A stretch of 64,000 bases of DNA from Ruminococcaceae bacterium UBA7075 (GCA_002493635.1 DKZL01000050.1:3516-67515); one strand, 5' to 3'; counted from the stretch's first letter, positions 1 to 8,801 are shown. Numbers and translations: made by a program. The notes: generated from the letters alone by a model not told the origin.

Positions 1-799
1 CATTGATTTTGATTTTTACTGTTTTTATATATACAGCTCTGTCGCCCTCTCCTCGCCTACGGATTCTAAAATTGCCGTTCTGAGGAGTTGTCAGATAAGC
101 CTGCATAATAGGAACTTTTCGGCAGACTTTAATTTTATTGATTTCATCAAGCTCAGGATATTCAATAAGGAACTTTCTCTCAATTTCAAGTGGTTCAGGC
201 TCACCCAAAAAACCGAGAATTTCTGTCATTAATCGGGCAAGCTTATTATCAAAATCTGTCGAGTTGTCTACTACACGCAAGTGAGGCGTGCCTGTCCAAA
301 TTGACAAAATATCATCATCAAGCCTTATCGCCTCATCAACATTTTCACTTCTTACAATGTTGCTGTCAAATGCATAATGTTCTTTTGCTCCCTTTGCAGC
401 CGTTACGAGATGAAAAACTGCATCATATGAGTTGCGCAGTATATCCTCATTTGTACCGTACAGTGAAGAATAACGGTCAAATTCCTCCTGCGTTACATAT
501 GCACGGCTGTCAAGCAAACCTCTATCACAAATTAATACTACCTTCTCATTCGGAAACTTTGAAGCAAATTCTGTCTGTCTTTTTTCATTATCAAGCTGTT
601 CTTTAAAAAGAAGCTTGTGGAATTCATAGTTTCCCATATTCTTCGGTGATTTTCCGCTCAAAAATAATTTAGTTGCCTGCTCATCTATAACAATATTTTT
701 TATATTGTACATATCAAGCTGCTGTGACACATACTTTACCGCTGTTGATTTTCCGGCGCAGGGACCGCCTGTAAGCACAATCTTAATTACTTCTGCCAT
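1..799 (-). CDS. AAA_28 (NadR/Ttd14-like P-loop NTPase) fused to a CYTH domain; 3' end runs off the window start
   Basis: Not in the ORF track. Hand translation from ATG at 799 (GAGG RBS upstream) is open to the window edge: MAEVIKIVLTGGPCAGKST (Walker A), ICDRGLLD, YDAVFHLVTAA, WTGTPHLRVVDNS, then the CYTH signature EIERKFLI...QAYL...FRIRRRG. Confidence 0.88.
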   Translation of the reverse strand, partial: MAEVIKIVLTGGPCAGKSTAVKYVSQQLDMYNIKNIVIDEQATKLFLSGKSPKNMGNYEFHKLLFKEQLDNEKRQTEFASKFPNEKVVLICDRGLLDSRAYVTQEEFDRYSSLYGTNEDILRNSYDAVFHLVTAAKGAKEHYAFDSNIVRSENVDEAIRLDDDILSIWTGTPHLRVVDNSTDFDNKLARLMTEILGFLGEPEPLEIERKFLIEYPELDEINKIKVCRKVPIMQAYLTTPQNGNFRIRRRGEGDRAVYIKTVKIKIN

Positions 800-908
800 A
801 ATACACCTCAATAATATTCTATCTTTATTATACAGCAGCAAATATATTATTTATTCTCAATAAGAAAAAATCAACAAATTAGAATTGTCTGTGCTTTATC
901 TTTCCTCA

Positions 909-2261
909 TTATTTGAGACTTCGTGCGATAAGCACAAGATCACGGTTGTCAACCACACCGTTACAATCATAGTCAGCAGCAAGCACTTGCAGTTCATTTA
1001 GGCTTTCTGAATCAACACAATAATTCATCAAAACATTTACATCATTTGTCTTTACATTACCCTCACCGGTTAAATCACCGAGGATAATAATTGTATAAGT
1101 ATGATCATTGACGCTCACAGTATAACCGGTTCTGACATTACCGCTTGACATAACGTTTCCGTCACTATTGTATACGGTTGCGCTATCCGAAAAATTCTTT
1201 TTAAAACTTGTAACTGAGGTTGACGGTGCAACACCGACAATATATTTATCTTGTTCTATCCTGTATTCACCTGAATTTTGTAAATCATTTTTGTAAATTC
1301 CACCCTGATTATATGAATTGTTATCATTAAAAGAGTCAATTTGGCTGTCAGAATTTGATTTTAATTCTGAATCAGAAATATCATTGTAATCATAGGCATA
1401 ATTCAGAGTTGCAACTCTGCCGTTACAGGATACAATACATCGTATTGAACTTGAAAGCTTGATAAATCGCTCAGACACGTTTTTTCCTGAGAATATAAGT
1501 CTGTTACCGTTTGCAGTATAAAAGCCGCCATTAGCTGCTGAAACGCAGTTTTTGCTGCAATCCGGCACCAGAGATGTTTCACCGTTCTCAAGAGAAACAA
1601 GCATACCGCTTTCTGTACAAATATATCCTATACCTGCATTAAATGCATTCACACCTCTGCCGATATTTGCAACCTGTGTATAACCTGTCCCCTGAAAACG
1701 ATAAATTCTGCCGTCATAAAGCATTGCATAAGTTATGGAATTATTATTGAACAACAAATAAATATTATCACCAAAATTGCATTTCTTTTTAAGACTGCCG
1801 TCAACTCCATATACAGCCACATAACTGTATGTTGCATCTGCTCTTACAAAATACGCATAGTTACCCGACAGAGAAAACATTTTACTTACTGCATCGTTTA
1901 CACCATTAAAATAATAATCTGCGATCGAACCGTTATTCATATTTATAACAGAAATTCCGTATCTGCTTGTTTTGTTGTCGCAAATATACATAGCACAACT
2001 TAATTCTCCGCTTTGGCAGGCAGATTTTATATTATACGGCACATTTATATAGCGGTTGTAATGATTTGGCACAAGCATTGATGAGTACAGAGTTTTACCT
2101 GTAAATCCATAGACAAAACCGCCTGATGAATTGCTGTCAGTAGTCAGACGATTACAATTTTCTAAATCAGATGCACTATAATTGCCGAATGCCGCAACAT
2201 CTGCTGTTGCAAAGACAAATATTAAGATTGAAAGCAACAGACATAAAAAACGAATTCTCAT
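909..2261 (-). CDS. Secreted protein with C-terminal type I dockerin
   Basis: Signal peptide (MRIRFLCLLLSILIFVFATA); beta-rich N-terminal region; low-complexity S/N/D linker; duplicated Ca-binding dockerin motifs GDLTGEGNVKTNDV and ADYDCNGVVDNRDL at the C-terminus. Confidence 0.8.
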   Translation of the reverse strand: MRIRFLCLLLSILIFVFATADVAAFGNYSASDLENCNRLTTDSNSSGGFVYGFTGKTLYSSMLVPNHYNRYINVPYNIKSACQSGELSCAMYICDNKTSRYGISVINMNNGSIADYYFNGVNDAVSKMFSLSGNYAYFVRADATYSYVAVYGVDGSLKKKCNFGDNIYLLFNNNSITYAMLYDGRIYRFQGTGYTQVANIGRGVNAFNAGIGYICTESGMLVSLENGETSLVPDCSKNCVSAANGGFYTANGNRLIFSGKNVSERFIKLSSSIRCIVSCNGRVATLNYAYDYNDISDSELKSNSDSQIDSFNDNNSYNQGGIYKNDLQNSGEYRIEQDKYIVGVAPSTSVTSFKKNFSDSATVYNSDGNVMSSGNVRTGYTVSVNDHTYTIIILGDLTGEGNVKTNDVNVLMNYCVDSESLNELQVLAADYDCNGVVDNRDLVLIARSLK

Positions 2262-2303
2262 ACTAAAATACAGTGAATTTCAATCACTTTCTCCATAAAA
2301 CAC

Positions 2304-2333
2304 AAAAAGGCAACAGCCAAAAAAGCTGTTGCC
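2304..2333 (-). terminator. Rho-independent terminator after the 2348-3268 gene
   Basis: 9 bp stem GGCAACAGC/GCTGTTGCC followed by a T-run on the minus strand. Confidence 0.75.
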
Positions 2334-2347
2334 AATATAAATTAAAT

Positions 2348-3268
2348 TTACTCCACAGGAATTGAAAGTGCCTCACGAACTTCATCTGCACTCGCCGAAC
2401 CAACTTTCAAATATTGAAGTCCGTTGATTACCAAAGCATCTTCATCAACTGTGTAATCAAGCTCCATAATCTGCTCTGAATCAGAAAAATACTTGATTGT
2501 GATTGTATTGTCTGTATAATTATATACACCGTCTACAAATAGCATTCCATTCTGAGCAATACTTACAGTTCCGTCATTCTTAAAGGTATAATTAAAATCA
2601 TAAGTACCGTCAAAATAATTCCATTCACCTGTAAGCTTATCATCAGGCTTAAAGCCTTCGTCAACCTTCATATCAGGAATTTCTCTGTTAGTGCTGTGGA
2701 AAGTATATTCCATATCATAGGAGGAATCCTTAAAAGTAAGAGTTCTGCCTGTAAACACATTGCCTGTAACAGAAAATTCAAATGACGCATAAAGATTTGC
2801 CAACTGAATCTGCATATTGATTTGATTGCCCGAAACCGTATATGTACCGGTATATCTCATTGTACCGTAAGCTATTGAAGCAACTCCGTCATCATCAAAA
2901 ATATAGTAAGTTTTTGATAATGAAGCTTCATCAGCTGTAGCTTCTGATTGTGTTGGGTCTTCGATTGCCCATGTTCCCACGATACTTGTATTAAAGAAGC
3001 ATTTAAATATCAGAAATCCAAGTGCAACACCCACAACAATTACAAGAGAAATGATAACCGGAATCTGAATAAAATGTTTTTTCTTCGGTTTCACTGCTTC
3101 ACCATATTCCACGGGAGAAACTGCATTGTCTTCAATCTCTGCAAGCTCGTCAGCAAATACACCTGACGAGTTCTCCTGTACAATATCTTCATTATTAATT
3201 GCTTCTGCTTCGGAATTTAATGTTTCTTCTGTATTTTCAGAAGCCTGAAATTCTTTATTTTCGTCCAT
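2348..3268 (-). CDS. Membrane-anchored protein with two tandem DUF5640/lipocalin-like beta domains
   Basis: Acidic N-terminus, single TM helix, repeated IVGTW...F.DDG and LTGEW...FKNDG units; GGAGG RBS. Confidence 0.6.
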   Translation of the reverse strand: MDENKEFQASENTEETLNSEAEAINNEDIVQENSSGVFADELAEIEDNAVSPVEYGEAVKPKKKHFIQIPVIISLVIVVGVALGFLIFKCFFNTSIVGTWAIEDPTQSEATADEASLSKTYYIFDDDGVASIAYGTMRYTGTYTVSGNQINMQIQLANLYASFEFSVTGNVFTGRTLTFKDSSYDMEYTFHSTNREIPDMKVDEGFKPDDKLTGEWNYFDGTYDFNYTFKNDGTVSIAQNGMLFVDGVYNYTDNTITIKYFSDSEQIMELDYTVDEDALVINGLQYLKVGSASADEVREALSIPVE

Positions 3269-3393
3269 CCGGAATACCTCCTAAATATATTACAGATATT
3301 ATAATACTATACTTTCGACAATAAATCAACTGTTTATTATTTTATGATGAATTTTTGAAAGATCAGAAAATATTATTTATGCCTTAATAAAAA

Positions 3394-4509
3394 TCATTTG
3401 AAATACATATAAAGCTGACACTTTAATGTTCCATTGTACATTTTTCTTCGTTTATCGGCTTTTCTGCCGAAAATTTTTTCAAAGTCATCATCAGGACTTA
3501 TGATCGAATAGCTTTTACCTCTTTGGCGTATAAATTTTTCTCCCATAACCTTATAAAGCTCTTCTGCTGATTTTACATCAAGCAATCGCTCTCCGTACGG
3601 CGGGTTAGTTATAACTGTCTGAAAGTCGTCTGACAAGATAAAATCTTTTATATCTCGCTGTGCAAAAGTAATTCTGTCAGACACACCGGCAAGACGGGCA
3701 TTATGTTCGGCAATTTCAAGGGAATTGGCGTCAATATCAAACCCTTCTGCTTTAAATTCAGCATCAGTACGGATTTTGCTCCTTGCAAGCTCACGTTCGC
3801 TTTCAAAAACTTTTACTGGCACACACCTCCATCTTTCGCAGGCAAAATACCGATTTAAACCGGGAGCAATATTCAGTGCTTTCATTGCGGCTTCAATCAA
3901 AATTGTACCGCTGCCGCACATTGGATCAACAACAAAATGATTTGCTCTTACCCTTGAAAGCTCCACCATTGCCGCAGCCAATGTTTCTTTGATTGGAGCC
4001 TCGTTTGACTCTGCTCTGTAACCGCGCTTATGGAGTCCTGCACCTGAAGTATCAAGCATAATGCTGACTTTATCGTTCATTATAAGAAACTGAATCTGAT
4101 GTACAGCATCTGTTTCTTCAAGCCACGGAAGCATATATTTTTCGGACAGCCTTGTAACAACCGCCTTTTTTATAATTTTCTGACAATCCGGCACACTCAT
4201 AAGTTGTGAGCTAAGGCATCTGCCCTTCACGGGAAAAGCTTCGGTTATGCCGATAAAATCCTCCCAGTTTATTTTCCTGACATTTTCAAACAGCTGTTCA
4301 AAAGTATGTGCCTCAAATTCCGCAAGCAAAATATGTATGCGCTCTGCATAACGTGAATTGATGTTTGCCCTTGCAAGCGTGCTCCAGTCACCGCTGAATA
4401 CCACTCTGCCGTTTTCTGCAACAACATTATCAATGCCCAAAAATCTCAGCTCGTTGGCGCAAATGCCCTCCAATCCGAAAATGCAGGGCGCTGAAAATTT
4501 TAAATTCAT
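3394..4509 (-). CDS. rlmL: THUMP-domain rRNA (guanine-N2) methyltransferase, RlmL/YpsC family
   Basis: LDTSGAGLHKRGYR, APIKETLAA, DPMCGSGT and NPPYG motifs; start moved to ATG 4509 behind a GGAGG RBS. Confidence 0.9.
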   Translation of the reverse strand: MNLKFSAPCIFGLEGICANELRFLGIDNVVAENGRVVFSGDWSTLARANINSRYAERIHILLAEFEAHTFEQLFENVRKINWEDFIGITEAFPVKGRCLSSQLMSVPDCQKIIKKAVVTRLSEKYMLPWLEETDAVHQIQFLIMNDKVSIMLDTSGAGLHKRGYRAESNEAPIKETLAAAMVELSRVRANHFVVDPMCGSGTILIEAAMKALNIAPGLNRYFACERWRCVPVKVFESERELARSKIRTDAEFKAEGFDIDANSLEIAEHNARLAGVSDRITFAQRDIKDFILSDDFQTVITNPPYGERLLDVKSAEELYKVMGEKFIRQRGKSYSIISPDDDFEKIFGRKADKRRKMYNGTLKCQLYMYFK

Positions 4510-4550
4510 AAAACCTCCGTAAATATAATTTATAATAAATTCCTGCAAAG

Positions 4551-4579
4551 TAAAACGGGTATCGGTTTTTCCGATACCC
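4551..4579 (-). terminator. Rho-independent terminator after hpf
   Basis: Stem GGGTATCGG/CCGATACCC followed by GTTTT on the minus strand. Confidence 0.75.
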
Positions 4580-4596
4580 TATCGTTTATATATAAA

Positions 4597-5139
4597 TTAA
4601 TCAGCTGTAGGTTCAAGCACACCATAGCCGCCGTCAGCACGTTTATAAACAACATTCACCTCATCTGTTTCTGCATTTATAAACATAAAGAAGCTATGAT
4701 TAACCATATTCATCTCTAAAATAGCCTCATCAATACTGATAGGTTTAATTAACACTTGCTTTTTGCGAACAACCTTATATTCATCATCCTCAGTTTCATC
4801 AGGTTCTTCAGGGGCTGTCTGCATAACAAAATCATCAATACTTCCCGACTTAATCTTTTTTGCAAGCTTCGTCTTGTTCTTTCTGATCTGACGCATCAGC
4901 ATATCTGTAACTTTATCAAGAGCATCGTTCATCTCAGGCATTGTGCTTTCAACACGATAAACCATACCATTGTCCCTGATAGTAATTTCAACAGTCTGAC
5001 GATTTTTTTCGAGGGTGACAACTACATTTGCAACTGCGTCATCAGAAAACAACTTTTCAAACTTAACAAGCTTTTTCTCTACTCTGTCCTTGAAGTTTTC
5101 TCTGAGATTAACTTTTCTTGCAGTATAAGTAATTTTCAT
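4597..5139 (-). CDS. hpf: Long ribosome hibernation promoting factor (HPF/RaiA)
   Basis: RaiA domain (QTVEITI...RQIRKNKTKL) plus C-terminal dimerisation domain (EAILEM...HSFFMF...VVYKRADGGYG). Confidence 0.95.
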   Translation of the reverse strand: MKITYTARKVNLRENFKDRVEKKLVKFEKLFSDDAVANVVVTLEKNRQTVEITIRDNGMVYRVESTMPEMNDALDKVTDMLMRQIRKNKTKLAKKIKSGSIDDFVMQTAPEEPDETEDDEYKVVRKKQVLIKPISIDEAILEMNMVNHSFFMFINAETDEVNVVYKRADGGYGVLEPTAD

Positions 5140-5167
5140 AAATTATGCCTCCCTTTTATTAGGTAAT

Positions 5168-5683
5168 TTATTTTCTGCCGTTGCTATTACCTCTGCGGCT
5201 GTAACCACGGCTTTCTCCGCCACGTTTTAAGTCAGACATTTTATCTTCGCTTGTCTGCTTGAATTTTGACATCATATCTTCAAAGGATGATGGTGCACTC
5301 TTGCGTGAATTCTGCCACTCATAATCCCCGGGAGATGTAACAGGAGGTGCAGGCTTGTATGGCTGTCTGGGCTTACGGCTCTGCTGCTTATCATCCCTGT
5401 CTCCTCTGTCATTTTTATCGCCTCTCGGCTTTCTGGGATGCTGCTGTTCCTTTGGAAGTGCCTGCTTGATCGACAAACTTATTTTGCCGTTTTCCATAGA
5501 AAGCACTTTCACCTTAACTGTCTGTCCCATCTTAACAAAATCATTAATTTCATTAACAAACGTAGGTGCTACCTCTGAGATATGTACCATTCCTGTTTTT
5601 GATTCCGGCAAATCAACAAAAGCACCAAATTTTGTAATTCCTGAAACCTTACCTTCTAAAACCATTCCGACTTCAATCGACAT
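5168..5683 (-). CDS. yabR: S1 RNA-binding domain protein (YabR/YugI family)
   Basis: GKVSGITKFGAFVDL...GMVHISEV S1 domain; SFEDMMSKF tail; position after divIC. Confidence 0.9.
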   Translation of the reverse strand: MSIEVGMVLEGKVSGITKFGAFVDLPESKTGMVHISEVAPTFVNEINDFVKMGQTVKVKVLSMENGKISLSIKQALPKEQQHPRKPRGDKNDRGDRDDKQQSRKPRQPYKPAPPVTSPGDYEWQNSRKSAPSSFEDMMSKFKQTSEDKMSDLKRGGESRGYSRRGNSNGRK

Positions 5684-5718
5684 AAAATTTTATTACCCCT
5701 TAAAAATATTCTACCCTT

Positions 5719-6093
5719 TTATTCACCGGCAACATTGATAAAAATTCTTTCACCTTCGCCGATATATCCCATATCTTCTTTTGCTATTTTTTCAATATAC
5801 TCCTCAAGCTCTTCACCGGTATAGTGCTGAACTTTTTCAAGATATTGGGTCTGAATTTCAACAACATTAATCTGTTGCTGTAATTTTTGAAGCTCAATTC
5901 GCTTTTTAGAAATTTCTACACTTTGATTTATAATAGTAATTACAGCATAAAACACAAAACCGATAATTGCAATATAGAGCAAAAAATGTCTTTTTCTGCG
6001 AACTTTTTTAGGTTTAATCTCCTTGATGTCAGCTTCAGGCAAGGAAGCATTCACTTTGCTCTCCTCAGCCTTTTTATCATCATTTTTCATCAT
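5719..6093 (-). CDS. divIC: Septum formation initiator DivIC/FtsB
   Basis: TM helix, coiled coil, YIEKIAKEDMGY..GE motif; yabQ-divIC-yabR synteny. Confidence 0.85.
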   Translation of the reverse strand: MMKNDDKKAEESKVNASLPEADIKEIKPKKVRRKRHFLLYIAIIGFVFYAVITIINQSVEISKKRIELQKLQQQINVVEIQTQYLEKVQHYTGEELEEYIEKIAKEDMGYIGEGERIFINVAGE

Positions 6094-6559
6094 TAACTAT
6101 AACCCTTTGCTTTTTAGCTTTATCCGTCAATTTCTTTTTGATTATACTACATCTATTAATGATATTATACAATATATCGTGAGTGATTTTCAATAGCTTT
6201 TTTGTAAAATTTTTAAGTTTCTGCATAATTTTGTTAGTAACTTTTTTGAGAAATTTAATAACAGGGACATAAACACGTGAAAATGCTCTTCCCAGAGTGA
6301 GCCTGTATGCCAAAAAACCTAAAAGACAGCCTGCAAAAATATATATTCTCACATATCCCATAATATATACAAGTGAAAAATAATATATGACAATCGAAAC
6401 ACATAGCATATAAAATATGTCAACCGCAACAGTCGATGACTTTTTTGAACAGAAAGCAAGCCTGAACATTTTAAAAGGAGCATATATAAATCCGAATCCT
6501 ACGCCCAATATCAGCGAATACAGAAATGCGGCAGATTGCTGTGCAAATGTAAGCTCCAT
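6080..6559 (-). CDS. yabQ: Spore cortex biosynthesis protein YabQ
   Basis: Multi-TM protein with G.VR.Y motif directly downstream of yabP. Confidence 0.85.
   Translation of the reverse strand: MELTFAQQSAAFLYSLILGVGFGFIYAPFKMFRLAFCSKKSSTVAVDIFYMLCVSIVIYYFSLVYIMGYVRIYIFAGCLLGFLAYRLTLGRAFSRVYVPVIKFLKKVTNKIMQKLKNFTKKLLKITHDILYNIINRCSIIKKKLTDKAKKQRVIVNDEK
6164..6193 (-). promoter_or_regulatory. Candidate internal sigma-A promoter for divIC, inside yabQ
   Basis: TTGAAA-18nt-TATAAT about 70 nt upstream of the divIC start. Confidence 0.5.
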
Positions 6560-6570
6560 TATTACTCACC

Positions 6571-6843
6571 CTATCTGAAAAGTTTAGAAAGTCTTGAACG
6601 AGTGTTATCAGACTGCAAATACTGCATTGCGTTGATTTTACCGTCTATTGTGACATCGCCTGTTTCAAGATTGAGCTTGTCAATATGCAGTCCTTCTCCT
6701 TTGACTATCAGAAGTCCGTTTGAGGTTTGCACTGAAACTGTTTCCTCATTAAATCCGTTGACATCCTCAGCACCTGTTAAAACAAGCTTTTGTCTGTTAT
6801 CAAGCATCATCGTATGATTTTTTGCTTTAATTGCATCCGGCAC
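6571..6843 (-). CDS. yabP: Sporulation protein YabP
   Basis: H...L.NR..L..TG..DV..F.E...GEGLHI.KL.LE.G YabP family pattern; GTG start with GGGGG RBS. Confidence 0.92.
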   Translation of the reverse strand: MPDAIKAKNHTMMLDNRQKLVLTGAEDVNGFNEETVSVQTSNGLLIVKGEGLHIDKLNLETGDVTIDGKINAMQYLQSDNTRSRLSKLFR

Positions 6844-6850
6844 AATAATA

Positions 6851-6889
6851 CCCCCGTATAATTTAAGATTACCCTAAATTATACGGGGG
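6851..6889 (-). repeat. Perfect 15 bp inverted repeat covering the yabP RBS and the -10 box
   Basis: CCCCCGTATAATTTA (6851-6865), 9 nt loop, TAAATTATACGGGGG (6875-6889). Confidence 0.9.
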
Positions 6890-6906
6890 AACATTTAGAA
6901 TTATGC
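6878..6906 (-). promoter_or_regulatory. Candidate sigma-E promoter of yabPQ
   Basis: GCATAAT-14nt-CGTATAAT resembles the sigma-E consensus; yabP is sigma-E dependent in Bacillus. Confidence 0.6.
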
Positions 6907-6980
6907 CTCATACTGAGGGTCGCTTAACAGTGAATAAGTATTATGAGGATTTTTGTATGAATTTACATATGCAGTTAATA

Positions 6981-7223
6981 TTAGATTACAGCCTCATACA
7001 TTGTGATTGCGTCTTCTTTTCTGACAACCTCTTTAACTTCAGTAACTCTTACCTTTACACTGCGTGCGCCAAGTGTAATTTCAATAACATCGCCTGTTTT
7101 TACATCATAAGAAGCACGGGCAACCTTGCCGTTGACGGTGATTTTGCCTGCATCACAAGCCTCATTGGCAACTGTCCTGCGTTTTATCAAACGAGACACC
7201 TTTAAATATTTGTCAAGTCTCAT
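6981..7223 (-). CDS. yabO: S4-domain RNA-binding protein YabO/RqcP (Hsp15 family)
   Basis: MRLDKYLKVSRLIKRRTVANEAC; start moved to ATG 7223 behind AGGAGG. Confidence 0.95.
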   Translation of the reverse strand: MRLDKYLKVSRLIKRRTVANEACDAGKITVNGKVARASYDVKTGDVIEITLGARSVKVRVTEVKEVVRKEDAITMYEAVI

Positions 7224-7376
7224 ATTTCCTCCTTTTTTCAGACGCTTCATAAGTTTTTCTAAAAATGTAACACTTCTATCCCGAAGATTTACTTAGGTTA
7301 TATGGTAAATATCATAATGCACTAATAAAGGTTAAATTAATGTTTAGTGGTTTTATAAAACTTTTAATAAACAAAC

Positions 7377-7455
7377 ATAGGGAACGACCCCCGTGTCGTT
7401 CCTATTGGTACAGTGCTATTTTCGAGTTAGGAACGACACGGTGGTCGTTCCCTAC
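7377..7455. repeat. REP doublet (REPIN-like), GTAG-type
   Basis: ATAGGGAACGACCCCCGTGTCGTTCCTA (7377-7404) and an inverted copy GTAGGGAACGACCACCGTGTCGTTCCTA (7455-7428); 26/28 identical, each an internal hairpin, 23 nt spacer. Confidence 0.75.
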
Positions 7456-7577
7456 AAACTGTTAAAAAACTTTTGCTCAACTTCAAAAAATGAGCTATGA
7501 TTTTCACCAATAAATCAAAGTACACCTTCGAGTCGGAATGGTTATATTTTAAATAAAACCTATGAAGAGTGATAAAA

Positions 7578-7618
7578 AATAAAAAGCCGATATTGATACA
7601 TTGTATCAGCATCGACTT
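7578..7618 (-). terminator. Rho-independent terminator after hup
   Basis: AAGTCGATGCTGATACA/TGTATCAATATCGGCTT imperfect stem followed by TTTTATTTTT on the minus strand. Confidence 0.7.
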
Positions 7619-7632
7619 ATCTGTAAACAAAA

Positions 7633-7908
7633 TTACTTATTTACAATATCCTTAAAGCCCTTGCCAGCCTTGAATGCAGGAACCTTAGAAGCAGGAATTT
7701 CAATCTTATTACCTGTTCTTGGATCACAACCTGTTCTTGCATTTCTTGTGCGCTGCTCAAATGTACCAAAGCCTGTAAGCTGAATCTTGTCACCAGCTGC
7801 AACTGTTTCAATTATTGTATCGATTACAGCAGTAACTGCCTTTTCAGCATCCTTCTTAGAAATGCCGCTTTTCTCTGCAACTGCAGCAATAAGTTCTGTC
7901 TTTTTCAT
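7633..7908 (-). CDS. hup: DNA-binding protein HU
   Basis: MKKTELIAAVAEK...GFGTFE...PRTG...PAFKAGK. Confidence 0.97.
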   Translation of the reverse strand: MKKTELIAAVAEKSGISKKDAEKAVTAVIDTIIETVAAGDKIQLTGFGTFEQRTRNARTGCDPRTGNKIEIPASKVPAFKAGKGFKDIVNK

Positions 7909-7934
7909 TGTGAAAACCTCCGTTAATTTTACAT

Positions 7935-8720
7935 TTATTTAACTTCATCCCAAAGAGAATCAAGTTCCGAAATTGAAGCCGTTTTCATATTAATTCCACG
8001 CTCGCAAGCAAGCTGTTCAACCTTTGAAAAACGGTCCGTGAATTTGTCGCAGGCGTCATATAATGCGTGTTCGCTGTCGATATTCAGAAAGCGAGCTACA
8101 TTAACTGCAGAAAATAGCACATCGCCAAGCTCTTCACGTTGATTAGCCTTGTCGTTGTTTTTGATAGCCTCTTTAAGTTCATCGCACTCTTCATAGAGTT
8201 TATCAAGAGCACCGTCAACGCTTTCCCAGTCAAACCCGACCTTTGCAGCCTTACCCTGAATTTTGGCACTGCGCATAAGAGAAGGTAATGCACGTGAAAC
8301 ACTTTGTATTGCCTCTGTCTGAGTTGTCTGAGATTTTGTTTGCATCTTTACAGCATCCCAATTACTAAGCGCTTCCCCGGTATTGTTTGCACTGAGGTTG
8401 CCAAACACATGCGGATGACGCACTACGAGCTTTTGGCATACACCGTCAATAACCTCATTAATATCAAAAGTGCCACGCTCGTTTTCCATCTCAGCGTGCA
8501 TTGCAACCTGAAGCATAACATCGCCGAGTTCTTCCTTGAGAAGCTCAGTATCTTCTGTATCAATAGCCTCTATTGCCTCATAGGTTTCTTCAATGAAGTT
8601 TGCACGAATGGACTTATGCGTCTGCTCCATATCCCAAGGACAACCGCCCGGTGCTCTGAGCACACGTACAATTTTAATCAGGTCATCAAAGTTATATTTT
8701 GATTTGATTTCAAAATCCAT
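7935..8720 (-). CDS. mazG: Nucleoside triphosphate pyrophosphohydrolase MazG (no N-terminal methylase domain of YabN)
   Basis: GCPWD..QTH, IEETYE, two EELGD motifs. Confidence 0.93.
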   Translation of the reverse strand: MDFEIKSKYNFDDLIKIVRVLRAPGGCPWDMEQTHKSIRANFIEETYEAIEAIDTEDTELLKEELGDVMLQVAMHAEMENERGTFDINEVIDGVCQKLVVRHPHVFGNLSANNTGEALSNWDAVKMQTKSQTTQTEAIQSVSRALPSLMRSAKIQGKAAKVGFDWESVDGALDKLYEECDELKEAIKNNDKANQREELGDVLFSAVNVARFLNIDSEHALYDACDKFTDRFSKVEQLACERGINMKTASISELDSLWDEVK

Positions 8721-8801
8721 TTCAATTCTCCATTACCTTGCAATAAATATTGTATTATATTGTGCCATCAACAAAGGCACACATAACACGCAATTACTAT
8801 T

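Noticed and set aside
190-606. 138 aa plus-strand ORF
   Set aside because: Antisense shadow of the AAA_28-CYTH gene; no recognisable motifs
7377-7455. Possible mini CRISPR array
   Set aside because: Only two copies, inverted rather than direct, and no cas genes; fits a REP doublet
7427-7630. 67 aa minus-strand ORF after hup
   Set aside because: Runs through the hup terminator and the REP; no RBS or motif
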